Assembly: GCA_002422365.1 (NCBI GenBank)
Contig: DIUO01000010.1
Location: 2,739 to 66,738, forward strand
DNA: 64,000 nucleotides
Direction: 5' to 3'
Source: Proteobacteria bacterium UBA6156
GTDB taxonomy: Bacteria; Pseudomonadota; Alphaproteobacteria; UBA2136; UBA6156
Every line of letters starts with the position of its first letter. The first letter of the stretch is position 1. Below are positions 8,769 through 17,774 of the stretch, in pieces. The notes under the pieces are model-generated. The model saw only the letters and a program-made list of their open reading frames with translations, ran no database searches and was not told the DNA's origin. A program made the translations under genes and the position numbers.

Positions 8769-9410
8769 ATGCTCTTCTCCTCCGCGCCGCGCTATGACAT
8801 CACCACCCCCGCCGAGTCCAGCGACGTCGACAGCGTCATCTACCTGGCGCGGGAAGCCTTCAACGACAGCACCATCAATGCGACAACGGTGTACGACTCC
8901 TACCGCAAAAACCCCTACTGCCATCTGATTGCGAAAGACAGCGCCAACAACATCGTCGGCTATACCGACTTCTTCCTGCTTCGCCCCGCCACGTTCGATG
9001 CCTTCCTGCAAGGCCGCATTACCGAAAGTCATTTCGTCTCCGACGACATCCTCCCCTTCGGCAGCCCAGAGGCCCACAACCGCATTTATCTCGGCGGCAT
9101 CGCCGTCTTCACGCCCTTCGGCAGCGAGCGTGGCCGCATCCTGCAAGTCCTCCTCCACGCCTTCACCCAGCTGATGCTGGCCAAATACATTACGCCAGAG
9201 ACCCCCGAATACACCGCCTACGCCACCGGCTACTCTCAAGATGGCCTGAACCTGCTGAACCGCCTCGGCTTTACCCTCATGGCACCCGGAGAAGGCCGCG
9301 AAGATAACCAACCCCTCTACAGCGGCAAACTCAACCAAGCCTCACTCACCGCCATGGCCAACCATTTCGCCCGCGCCCAACGCCACTACACGCTCGAACT
9401 CCGCAGCTAG
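8769..9410 (+). CDS. hypothetical protein, possible GNAT-fold acyltransferase
   Basis: 213 aa. YLGGIAVFTPFGSERGRILQVLLHAF resembles a GNAT beta4-alpha3 segment. The assignment is weak. Confidence 0.5.
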   Translation: MLFSSAPRYDITTPAESSDVDSVIYLAREAFNDSTINATTVYDSYRKNPYCHLIAKDSANNIVGYTDFFLLRPATFDAFLQGRITESHFVSDDILPFGSPEAHNRIYLGGIAVFTPFGSERGRILQVLLHAFTQLMLAKYITPETPEYTAYATGYSQDGLNLLNRLGFTLMAPGEGREDNQPLYSGKLNQASLTAMANHFARAQRHYTLELRS

Positions 9411-9495
9411 CACCTTTTCCCGGAACGCGGCGAGGTGCGATTTGGAACAAATCGCAGGCCCCCGCCCGTATCCGGGATCTCGAATATACAAGCAC
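9410..9495 (+). repeat. Family A hairpin element, copy A4
   Basis: Starts on the last base of the TAG stop at 9408-9410. Same architecture as A2 with a few substitutions. Confidence 0.8.
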
Positions 9496-9540
9496 AACCC
9501 ACCACTAACTGGGCCTCAAACCAACAAAGCCGCACGACAC

Positions 9541-9630
9541 CGGGGGTTAAGGGGGCCTTAGCCCCCTTAAAGAGGCTTTGCCTCCATTCCCGCCATTCCG
9601 GCGCAGGCCGGAACGAAGGCCGGAACCCAC
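9541..9630. repeat. Family C-like GC-rich hairpin cluster (C1)
   Basis: TTAAGGGGGCCTTAGCCCCCTTAA and ATTCCGGCGCAGGCCGGAA hairpins. The second motif recurs as an insert within A7 (46125-46150). Confidence 0.4.
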
Positions 9631-9688
9631 GTATGACCAAACTTTAATCCGGCACCCCTCCAGCCCATAGCCATCTTCAGTTCATAAA

Positions 9689-9721
9689 CACCCCTACCCA
9701 TCCCCAGCACTTCCTGTAAAT
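9689..9721 (+). repeat. Family B repeat, partial copy B3 (3' end only)
   Basis: CACCCCTACCCATCCCCAGCACTTCCTGTAAAT matches the 3' ends of B1 and B5. Confidence 0.45.
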
Positions 9722-9769
9722 GAAGAAGCATCCTCACTCAAATATGTAATCGCCAATTATCAACACCCC

Positions 9770-12199
9770 CTACCGTGGCGCCAACATCCCATCCCGCACC
9801 ACCGCAGGCTTAACACTGGCGGCCGAGACCGCAGCCTGCAACCCCACCACCGCAGGCTGATACCCCGGCTGTATCGCCAGCGCGCGGCGGAACATCCACA
9901 TCGCCTCCTCCGGCTGGCCCTGCAAATTACGCAGCGCCCCGCCCACACCCCAGGTGTAGTGGCTAAAATCGGCATTTTGTTTCAGGCGCTCAAACATAGT
10001 CTCGGCTTTGGCCAGATAATCTTCAAACGCCGCCCGGTTTCCCAGGCTGCGGTTTTGCTCGGCTTTTTGCAAGTATTGCCCGGCCAGGTTAATCATGTGG
10101 TTAGCGCCCCAGGGGTCGCCGTCCAGCGCCCATTCCAGCTTGGCAATGCGCGTGTCCAGCCGCATCGGCATCAGGCCGTTATAGTTGGCATAGGCCACCG
10201 CAATGTGCTCCTGTATCCGCTGGTCATAGGGGTAAATATCCCATGCTTTTTCCAGCACTTTAATCGTGGTGTCGTCGTTTATGCCACTGTAAATGCGTAT
10301 CATTCCCTGCTTCAGCAACACGTTGCTTTGCCTAAAAAGGTACGCATCCCACAGCGCCCACACGCCCGCCACCAGCACCAGCACCAACGCCCCGGCGTAT
10401 CCCGCACGGTTCAGTTTCAGTTTGTCCGGCAACCAACGCTTCAACGGCGCGGTGGCTTCCTGCGGGTAATAGCGCATATACAGCGCGGCAATAATCCCAA
10501 TCATCATCAGGCACGCCGCAGGCGCCGTGGGCAATTGCATCGGGAAGTCAAACAACGCATTAATGCAAATCGTCAGCACCCCAATGCCGGTCATCAGGCC
10601 CAGCAGCTGCACGTCGTCGGCGGCGTGGGTCTCTTTCTGGGCCGCACGCCAGCTCGCATAGGCTCCGGCCAGCAGGGCGGCCAGCAGCCCAAGCTGCACC
10701 GCCACCAGCACATAGTGCCACAGGCCCGGCAGCGCCAGCATGCCTTGGTATTCCAAAAACACCGTCAACCCGGTCATCATCGTCAGCAACCCGGCCCCAA
10801 TCAAATATCCGCCCATCGCACCGGCCCGGCGCCCGGCCATGCGCAGCGCCATGGCAATGCCTGTTATAAACAGCCCGGCATAAAGTATCCCGCCGGGTAG
10901 GCCCATTTCCGTAAACGCCTGCATCAGGTCGGTGTGGGTGCGCTGCGGCCGCGCCATCACGTTATAACTGTTGCTGGGTGTAACCACTATCTCATTGTAA
11001 TACGGCGGGTATATCGTATAAAAATTTCCAAGCCCCACGCCATTCAGCGGGTAATCCTTGGTAATCACCAAACTGTTCAGGTTATAGGCCAGCCGCCCGC
11101 CAATCTCATTCCAGCTGCTGTTCACCAACGCGCCCACCTGCTGGCCGGGCGTGCGGTCTACCGCATAGGTGCCCTGCAAAGGCGATGTATCCCCCCCCCA
11201 CCGCAGCAAACACACCACCGGCACCAGCAACCACACGCCGTGGCTCCAGTCCAGGTGGCGGGCAATGGCTTTGCGCCAGGCGGGCACCAGCACCAGCAGC
11301 GCGGCTAATGTTACCAGCCCGCAAAACAGCGCCACCCAGCTGGCGCGCGCGCGGCTATACACCAAAAACACACTGCCCAGCGTCAGCAACAGGCTGGCAA
11401 AGGCCTGCGCGGGCCAGCGCTTGGCGGTTATCAGCAAATACAATGCAATCGGCAGCATCATCGCCGTCCAGCTGCCGGCCAGGTTTTTGTTGGCAAAGGT
11501 GCTGCCGGGGGCGGCACTTTGTAAATAATAACTCGTCGCCAAGCCCACCAGCCCAAGCTGGCGCTCGCCCCAGCCCATCCATCCGGCAATCGTTCCGGCC
11601 ACACCATCCAGCACCCACATCAGCGGCTTCAGGGCAAAAAACAGCCAGCTGCTGTCCATCATGGCCGCAAAACTGGAATCATTCATGCCCTTAAACTGCC
11701 AAATACCCACCAAACTGGTGCCCAGCAGCGGTATAACTAGCGCCCACAGCAGCTTGCGGCCAAATTCAGGCGTCATAATGTTATACACCACCACCATCAA
11801 TATCATCTGGGCATACAGGGCCTTAATCAGAATAATCCCCCGGCTCGGGTTCAGCGCATCCAGCATGCTAATCGCGGCCCAAATCGCGAGTCCCAGCGCA
11901 AACCACATCACGGGCGGCCAGCGCAACGGCAGGTGGGCAGGGGGGCGGGCTACGGCTTGCACCAGCAACAGCGTGGCACACAGCATGGCAAAGGCGCTGG
12001 TGGCCATCCACCGAATATCCCCGCTCACCTCCGGCACACCCAAATCAAAATAAAACGGCAACGTGGCGGCAAAAAACAGCACAATCGCGCGCACGGCACG
12101 GGTCAGCAGGGGGGCACCTTCGGCTTCAGCCGTGGTGGGTTGGGTGGGGGCAGCGGGGGCGGTGGCCCGGCGGGTGGCTTTTTGGCGAGCAGTGGTCAT
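9770..12199 (-). CDS. O-antigen ligase (Wzy_C)-like polytopic membrane protein with C-terminal TPR domain
   Basis: About 810 aa from the ATG at 12199. Many TM segments, then a TPR-like C-terminus (AYANYNGL..., AEQNRSLGNRAAFEDYLAKAE, ALAIQPGYQPA). Confidence 0.7.
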   Translation of the reverse strand: MTTARQKATRRATAPAAPTQPTTAEAEGAPLLTRAVRAIVLFFAATLPFYFDLGVPEVSGDIRWMATSAFAMLCATLLLVQAVARPPAHLPLRWPPVMWFALGLAIWAAISMLDALNPSRGIILIKALYAQMILMVVVYNIMTPEFGRKLLWALVIPLLGTSLVGIWQFKGMNDSSFAAMMDSSWLFFALKPLMWVLDGVAGTIAGWMGWGERQLGLVGLATSYYLQSAAPGSTFANKNLAGSWTAMMLPIALYLLITAKRWPAQAFASLLLTLGSVFLVYSRARASWVALFCGLVTLAALLVLVPAWRKAIARHLDWSHGVWLLVPVVCLLRWGGDTSPLQGTYAVDRTPGQQVGALVNSSWNEIGGRLAYNLNSLVITKDYPLNGVGLGNFYTIYPPYYNEIVVTPSNSYNVMARPQRTHTDLMQAFTEMGLPGGILYAGLFITGIAMALRMAGRRAGAMGGYLIGAGLLTMMTGLTVFLEYQGMLALPGLWHYVLVAVQLGLLAALLAGAYASWRAAQKETHAADDVQLLGLMTGIGVLTICINALFDFPMQLPTAPAACLMMIGIIAALYMRYYPQEATAPLKRWLPDKLKLNRAGYAGALVLVLVAGVWALWDAYLFRQSNVLLKQGMIRIYSGINDDTTIKVLEKAWDIYPYDQRIQEHIAVAYANYNGLMPMRLDTRIAKLEWALDGDPWGANHMINLAGQYLQKAEQNRSLGNRAAFEDYLAKAETMFERLKQNADFSHYTWGVGGALRNLQGQPEEAMWMFRRALAIQPGYQPAVVGLQAAVSAASVKPAVVRDGMLAPR

Positions 12200-12275
12200 G
12201 GCCGCTACCCTAAGCACCTGCCGCAGTGGCAACAAGGCACCTGCACAGCGGCAGGGCAATAAAATCAATTCCTCG

Positions 12276-12620
12276 TCAGGCTTCTGTGCCGTGGGGGTTT
12301 AGTGCCCACACCATGCCATCGGCCACCACCCAAATCTCGCGCCAGGGCATCAGCGTAAAGGCTTGCTCAGGGGGCAAATACTCCCGCTGATTATAATAAA
12401 AGCCGCTTTCCAGCGCCTGGGCCTGGAGCATACTTGCCCGGCTCAGCCCACTAATCATCGTCACGTCCGGAGTCGCCATAAAGCGCTTCATCAAGGTGCG
12501 CAACGCATTGCGACTTGCGTCGGTCAGGCTGTGTTCCAAAATCAGCACCAACCGGCCTTGCAAGCCTTGGTGGGCGTTCCCATAATCAGCATAGGCGCGT
12601 GTGTTGGAGCGTGTGTGCAT
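12276..12620 (-). CDS. hypothetical protein upstream of the O-antigen-ligase-like gene
   Basis: ATG at 12620 is preceded by AAGGAAGAGAG. The track start at 12659 has no RBS. No family recognised. Confidence 0.45.
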   Translation of the reverse strand: MHTRSNTRAYADYGNAHQGLQGRLVLILEHSLTDASRNALRTLMKRFMATPDVTMISGLSRASMLQAQALESGFYYNQREYLPPEQAFTLMPWREIWVVADGMVWALNPHGTEA

Positions 12621-12755
12621 GGTCGGTCTCTCTTCCTTGGGGGCTTCCTTGGGGGGCATTGTCCAACAGCATATTGCCCTGCATACCCCTTAAGGTGTCC
12701 ACGTAATAAGCTGAAAAATCACAAAAGATACATTTTATCCCCAGATACCTCAAAA

Positions 12756-12827
12756 AGTCTCTTGTATATGAGAGACTCTCGTTGTAATGTCTCTCGTATA
12801 CGATTGACATCAACAGAGGAGTCTCTC
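12756..12827. promoter_or_regulatory. Candidate operator region: four copies of (A)GTCTCT(C), including a perfect 7-bp inverted repeat
   Basis: AGTCTCT at 12756-12762 and AGAGACT at 12771-12777 (8-nt spacer), GTCTCTC at 12789-12795, AGTCTCTC at 12820-12827 next to the RBS of 12832. Lies in a divergent AT-rich intergenic region. Confidence 0.35.
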
Positions 12828-12831
12828 ACAA

Positions 12832-13269
12832 ATGATAGACACAGCCCAAAAAGCCTACTTCGACACCTCCTTCGAAGAGCGCCTTGCCCGTATCGACCTC
12901 ACCGCAGTGATGAAGCATGTCGAAAAAGACACTGGCCTTCCGGCTGCCGACCTCGAGCGCGCCGAAGATCTCTACCGCAAATTCCTCACCCTCTGCGCCA
13001 AATTCCCGCAAACATCGTTTGTGCCCCCGCGCTTGGTAGACCACGTCTGGCACGCCCACATCACCTTCACCCGCCAATACATGGCCGACTGCGAACTGCT
13101 GTTTGGTGGCTATTTCCACCACAACCCGGCAGCAGAAGGTGAAGACACCACCACTGATTTTGAAGCGGTAACTTTACCTGCCTATAAATCAGAGTACGGA
13201 GTCAACCTGAAGGCTTATGGTATTTCAAACGAAATGGCCTTGGCTGCGGGTTGTCGTGGTGCCGCTTAG
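12832..13269 (+). CDS. DUF1399/GRDP-like protein (glycine-rich-domain-containing-protein-like)
   Basis: 145 aa. RLVDHVWHAHITFTRQYMADCELLFGGYFHH resembles the D..WH.H.L.T..Y..DC signature. AGAGGA RBS at 12815-12820. Confidence 0.5.
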   Translation: MIDTAQKAYFDTSFEERLARIDLTAVMKHVEKDTGLPAADLERAEDLYRKFLTLCAKFPQTSFVPPRLVDHVWHAHITFTRQYMADCELLFGGYFHHNPAAEGEDTTTDFEAVTLPAYKSEYGVNLKAYGISNEMALAAGCRGAA

Positions 13270-13293
13270 GTATTCATTTAAAAAAGGGGGCTC

Positions 13294-14580
13294 TTAAGCC
13301 CTCTTTTTTAATGTAATATTTAGGAATCGGTAGTGATTAATGCGAACACTGCTTGGCATAGTCGTAGAGTCCTTATTCTTCTCTGGCTGCTGGTCTATTT
13401 CAAGCTCAACCAATACAACGTCGAAACCAAATTTATGCGCAAGGGTATCAACAAGTGGTTGAGTCAAACATTGAGCAGGATAAGAATAATGAAGCCAATT
13501 CCCCTCTGGAAAAATCATATTAACGGTGCCCCGAGGACGAAGCACACGCGAAATTTCTCCAATGGCTTCTTCTAATCCTAAGCCTGTCTCTGGTAAATAA
13601 GGCAAGCCATAAAGACTAAGGTTGGCATAAACAACATCAAACGACTGATTGCTGAAAGGGAGTTTTCGAGCATCCCCATTAATTACACAATCCTGCGGCA
13701 GCTTTTCTGCATTCATAAGGTCTTTACAATAAGAAAGACCAAGCAAAGACGGTTCAATCCCCTTAATCCGAACATTCGGCATATGTTTGGCAATATGGGC
13801 AAGATGACGGCCATTGCCGCACCCAATATCAAGCCAGTCAATGTCGTTGCGCTGAAAAACTTGGCAGGCGTTAACGACAAGATTTTGTAAAGACAAAACG
13901 ACATTGGAATCCAATTGTCCCCCACTCGTTCTCTCAAAATAGACCTGACCAGGATAACTTGAGTAAAATCCTTTCATGCCGCGAACAATCAAGTTAATGA
14001 AAGTACGCAATAAATCTAGCTGATCTTTTGTAAGTTGCTGAGGATCACGATGCCCATACTCAATAAGATTTAAGGCGTTAGTTAAGATTTCAAGTTCTTC
14101 CTCTGTCCGTAACTCCGCCAAAAAGTTGATATATTTCAACATATCAAACTTTGTCGGCGTATATTCAATCCCCCGCGTCGTCTCCTCATGCCGCAAAGCA
14201 TTGTAAAGGAAGGTAATCGCCCGCGCCCGCTGGCGTGGGTTAAACGGCTTTTCAAATTCCACCAGCAGTTCTTCTAAAAGTTGAGTAATTTGCGTAAGCA
14301 ACTCCCCCCTAAAAGCAGGCCGCTTATCCGCCACCACACCGCTCTCCATATCGCCGTTGCCGGTCAGCAGCCATCCGGCGTCCACGCGGGCGGCGCGGGC
14401 AATGGCCAGCAGCTTGTCGGTGGGCATGTCGGTTTCGGCGTTCAGGTACCTAAAAAGCTGTGCTTCGCTCACCAGGGCCGCGGTGGCCATGGCGCGTTTG
14501 TTGCCCACACGCTCTACGCAAAGCCGCAAACGCGCAGCTAGCGGAGAAGGGGGCACATCATTGTTCTTATGCAAAAGCAT
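13294..14580 (-). CDS. HTH (XRE-like) domain fused to a class I SAM-dependent methyltransferase
   Basis: N-terminus VGNKRAMATAALVSEAQLFRYLNAETDMPTDKLLAIARAARVDAGWLLTG. C-terminus WLDIGCGNGRHLAHIA...FDVVYANLSLYG...VLRPRGTV. Confidence 0.75.
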   Translation of the reverse strand: MLLHKNNDVPPSPLAARLRLCVERVGNKRAMATAALVSEAQLFRYLNAETDMPTDKLLAIARAARVDAGWLLTGNGDMESGVVADKRPAFRGELLTQITQLLEELLVEFEKPFNPRQRARAITFLYNALRHEETTRGIEYTPTKFDMLKYINFLAELRTEEELEILTNALNLIEYGHRDPQQLTKDQLDLLRTFINLIVRGMKGFYSSYPGQVYFERTSGGQLDSNVVLSLQNLVVNACQVFQRNDIDWLDIGCGNGRHLAHIAKHMPNVRIKGIEPSLLGLSYCKDLMNAEKLPQDCVINGDARKLPFSNQSFDVVYANLSLYGLPYLPETGLGLEEAIGEISRVLRPRGTVNMIFPEGNWLHYSYPAQCLTQPLVDTLAHKFGFDVVLVELEIDQQPEKNKDSTTMPSSVRINHYRFLNITLKKRA

Positions 14581-14655
14581 GCCTATCTATGTACATAGGC
14601 ACAACTCTTAAACTGACATACCGGCCAAGCCCCTCACATCACCCCACCAATCCCC

Positions 14656-14694
14656 AAACACAAAACACTAAGTACTAAATACTAAACACTAAAT
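14656..14694 (+). repeat. Family D CA-rich 7-mer microsatellite (D1)
   Basis: AAACACAAAACACTAAGTACTAAATACTAAACACTAAAT abutting the DUF1223 stop codon. Confidence 0.5.
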
Positions 14695-15378
14695 CCGCCC
14701 CATCCCCAGCACAGCCCCAGGCCCGCGCTCCTGCACAATCACCAGCGTTTGGGTGCCTTTGGGGCGCATGGGCTTGGGCAGGCGGGCGGTGTTGCCCTTA
14801 ATTTCAGCCTCCACCAACCCGGTGGTGCGCCACACCTTGGTGTCATCCACCGGGTCCAGGCCCATCACCCACACCACGGCATCGCGGCCGCGCAGGGCAG
14901 GGGGTATGTCGACCGTCAAGGCCCCGTCAGCGCCCACCTGCGGCGCCAGCACGTGCTTGGCGGGCAGGGCGCGGCCTTGCTCCAGCGCACTGCCCCAGCT
15001 GAACATCAGCGGCGGGTTCACCAAAATCTGCCCGTCTATCAGCGGCATAGGCGTAAACACCTGCCCGGCGCGCTTGCCTAATGTGTTGGAGTAATCATAT
15101 TGCCGCTGCGTCACCTCCGCCAACCCATGCGGGTCGCGCTGGGTGGGGCTGCGGTCCCAATAATCCACATGTTCAAACACCACCAGCAGGTCGGGGTTGG
15201 CGGCGGCCACACCTTTCATTTTGGCTTCGGCCATGGGGCAGCTGGGGCAGTATTTGCTGGTGAACATCTCCACCAGCACCGGCGGCCGGGCAGGGGTAGC
15301 AGGCGTGGCTGGCTCGGCCGCATAGCCCTGTGCCGCCACCAGCATACTCCAACTTAAAATCGCCACACGCCAACGCAT
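14689..15378 (-). CDS. DUF1223 thioredoxin-fold secreted protein
   Basis: Signal peptide, then VLVEMFTSKYCPSCPMAE (CxxC) and HVDYWD. Typical DUF1223 pattern. Confidence 0.7.
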   Translation of the reverse strand: MRWRVAILSWSMLVAAQGYAAEPATPATPARPPVLVEMFTSKYCPSCPMAEAKMKGVAAANPDLLVVFEHVDYWDRSPTQRDPHGLAEVTQRQYDYSNTLGKRAGQVFTPMPLIDGQILVNPPLMFSWGSALEQGRALPAKHVLAPQVGADGALTVDIPPALRGRDAVVWVMGLDPVDDTKVWRTTGLVEAEIKGNTARLPKPMRPKGTQTLVIVQERGPGAVLGMGRI

Positions 15379-15382
15379 TTGC

Positions 15383-16390
15383 TTACCCTTTCGGTTTCGG
15401 TGTTACCTTACCAGCCTTTGCAACGGGTGCGCCAGCCTTGCTGCCTTTTCGTTCACGTTTTAACCGTTGAGCCTCGCTGGCCGGGGCTTTGGCGGGTTTT
15501 TTGTCTTGGTAGGCCATACGGATGTCCTCCTCCCGCAACGCATCCATCACATCCAGCAGCAGGGTGCTGCGCAGCACTTTGCGGTCTTCGGTGCGCACCC
15601 ATGCTTCCAGGGTGCACATCACGCCGTGTTCGGTCAGGGTGTCCACGGCCAGGTGGGGCTCGGGGGTTTTCAGCACCAGCGGGTTGGCCACCATGGCGCG
15701 CTTAATAATGCCAAAGGCGCGCCAAATATCCACTTCGTGCCCCAAGCCAAATTCCACTTTCACCATGCGCATGCGGTTATAGGTGTGGTTGCGCAGGTTG
15801 TTTTCCCACAGCAAGCCATTGGGTATAAAAACGCGTATAAATTCAATGGTATTTACTTCTGTCGAAAACAACCCAATCCGCTTCACCGTCCCGCTCACCG
15901 TGGTGTTTTCCACCCAGTCGCCCACTTTCAGGGGCCGGTGCACCATCAGCATCAGCCCTCCGGCAATGTTTCCCAGCGTGCCGCGCAGGGCAAAGGCCAC
16001 GGCCAAACCCAGCGCACCCACCAGGGCGGCCAGAGTGGTGCTGCCAATGCCAAACAGAGACAACGCCAGCATAAAAATAGTAAAAAACAGCACAAACCGC
16101 GCGGTGCTGGCCAAAAAGGCCGCCAACGTCTCTTCCACATGGGCCTTTACCAGCACGGTGTTCAGGCGGGTGGCCAGCCAGCCGCAGGCCAACCAGCCCA
16201 CCACAATCAGGGCCAGCCCGGCCAGCACGCTCACCATCACTATCGGCAGTTGGTCAATCAGCTTCACGGCGGCCTGGTCTATCACTTGCAGGTCTTTGTT
16301 GGCCTGCAAATTGGCTTGCAGGTTAGATATCGCAGGTATGTTCAGTTTCAGGTTTTCCAGCAAACCGGGGGCAGGGGCGGGGGTGGCCAT
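15383..16390 (-). CDS. MscS-family mechanosensitive ion channel
   Basis: TM3-like GLAVAFALRGTLGNIAGGLMLMVHRPLKVGDWV motif followed by a beta-domain. Its stop is 4 nt from the start of the downstream DUF1223 gene. Confidence 0.85.
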   Translation of the reverse strand: MATPAPAPGLLENLKLNIPAISNLQANLQANKDLQVIDQAAVKLIDQLPIVMVSVLAGLALIVVGWLACGWLATRLNTVLVKAHVEETLAAFLASTARFVLFFTIFMLALSLFGIGSTTLAALVGALGLAVAFALRGTLGNIAGGLMLMVHRPLKVGDWVENTTVSGTVKRIGLFSTEVNTIEFIRVFIPNGLLWENNLRNHTYNRMRMVKVEFGLGHEVDIWRAFGIIKRAMVANPLVLKTPEPHLAVDTLTEHGVMCTLEAWVRTEDRKVLRSTLLLDVMDALREEDIRMAYQDKKPAKAPASEAQRLKRERKGSKAGAPVAKAGKVTPKPKG

Positions 16391-16553
16391 GGCAAAGGCT
16401 CTTTAATAGGTTAAACGAGACGACAAAAGCACGCGCAGCTCTCATCCATAGCCTCTGTTGTGGCGCAGCCGCCACCATGGCGTCAAGCGAATCCACACCC
16501 GCCGTAAGCAAACCTTGACCCCCTCGTCGCATCTCCGCCAATCTGCATTCATT

Positions 16554-17756
16554 ATGAGTGCTCTCCGTCACAATCCCCCACAATTCGGCCCCGTGGCCGT
16601 GCCTCCCGAGAACAAGAACACCCTCCCCATGGCCAAAAAACAATCCAAATCCGCCGATATCTTCACCGCCTACCAGCAGCGCCTGGCCACCGGCTGGCAG
16701 GCCGATGTCTCTCAGGCCCGCGCCGCCATGCGCCTGCAAAACCTGGCGCGGGCTCTGGGGTCCGACCTCTCCTCCCCCCCGCAAGGCCTCTGGCTCTATG
16801 GCCCGCCGGGGCGCGGCAAATCGCAACTGCTCGATATGTTCATGGCCTCGCTGCCCATGCCCAACAAGCGCCGCGTGCATTTTCATGCCTTTATGGCCGA
16901 GCTCCACCGCCGCATGAACGCCATGCCCCCGGCGCCCGAAACAACCACCAAAGGCCTCCGCAAAAAGCCAGATATGGTCGAACGCCTGGCCGACGAAATC
17001 GCCGCCGAGGCCGCCGTGCTGGGCTTCGATGAATTTTACCTGACCAACCTGCCAGACGCCATGTTCCTGGGCCGCCTGATGCAAGCGCTCTTCAAGCGCG
17101 GCACGGTGGTGGTGGCCACCAGCAACTGGCCGCTGCCGGAGCTTTTTCAGGGCGGCCTGAACCGCGACCGCTTCATGCCGCTGCTCAACCTGCTGGAAAA
17201 ACACCTCGAAACCATCAATCTGTCCGAAGGCCAAGACTACCGCCTCACAGCCGCCGCCAAGCCCCAGGCCTCCACCTACATCCTGCTCAAGCAGGGAGAA
17301 TCCGCCGAAGCCCACCTCAAAGTGCTGTTCGAAGACTACGCAAGCGGCCCCACCGTCAAAAAACCCTCCTTTATCAAGGCGCGCCGCACAGGCGGCAGCA
17401 CGCTGTGGGCCACGTTTGCCGAGCTCTGCGACCAACCCCTCGGCCGCCAAGAATATCAACACCTTGCCGAAACCTACCAAACCATCATTATCGAAGCCAT
17501 CCCCCAGCTTACGGCGCCAGAGGCCGACCGCGCCCTGCGCCTGGCCACGCTTATCGATATCTTGTACGAGCGTAACCGCCGCCTGGTGGTCAGCGCCGCC
17601 GTGCCCCCCCACCGTATTTGCACGCAGGGCGCCGCCGCGCAGGTGTTCCAGCGCACGGCCTCGCGCATTGTGCAGCTCACCCACTCGCAGGGCCAATTTG
17701 GCCAGCAAGGTGCCGCTTCGCTTGAAGTTCCTGGCGCGGGCACCTATATAGTTTAG
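16554..17756 (+). CDS. zapE: AFG1/ZapE-family ATPase
   Basis: ATG at 16554. Walker A GPPGRGKSQLLD, FHAFMAELH, and Walker B VLGFDEFYL. Confidence 0.85.
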   Translation: MSALRHNPPQFGPVAVPPENKNTLPMAKKQSKSADIFTAYQQRLATGWQADVSQARAAMRLQNLARALGSDLSSPPQGLWLYGPPGRGKSQLLDMFMASLPMPNKRRVHFHAFMAELHRRMNAMPPAPETTTKGLRKKPDMVERLADEIAAEAAVLGFDEFYLTNLPDAMFLGRLMQALFKRGTVVVATSNWPLPELFQGGLNRDRFMPLLNLLEKHLETINLSEGQDYRLTAAAKPQASTYILLKQGESAEAHLKVLFEDYASGPTVKKPSFIKARRTGGSTLWATFAELCDQPLGRQEYQHLAETYQTIIIEAIPQLTAPEADRALRLATLIDILYERNRRLVVSAAVPPHRICTQGAAAQVFQRTASRIVQLTHSQGQFGQQGAASLEVPGAGTYIV

Positions 17757-17774
17757 ACAGAGTTAGGAAACACC

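Noticed and set aside
12804-12809. TTGACA hexamer as the -35 box for the gene at 12832
   Set aside because: A -10 element 17 bp downstream would fall on the start codon or RBS. It is not compatible unless the mRNA is leaderless, for which there is no support.
16323-17708. Very long ORFs antisense to or overlapping real genes in the supplied track, for example 563-1246(-), 16323-17708(-), 26650-27774(-), 44211-45680(-), 55997-57028(-), and the many Arg/Pro/Gly-rich + frame ORFs
   Set aside because: They lie opposite or out of frame to genes with unmistakable conserved motifs (ZapE, NuoF, RNase J, ABC ATPase). Their translations are low-complexity Arg/Gly/Ala/Pro strings, typical of stop-codon-poor shadow frames in high-GC DNA.
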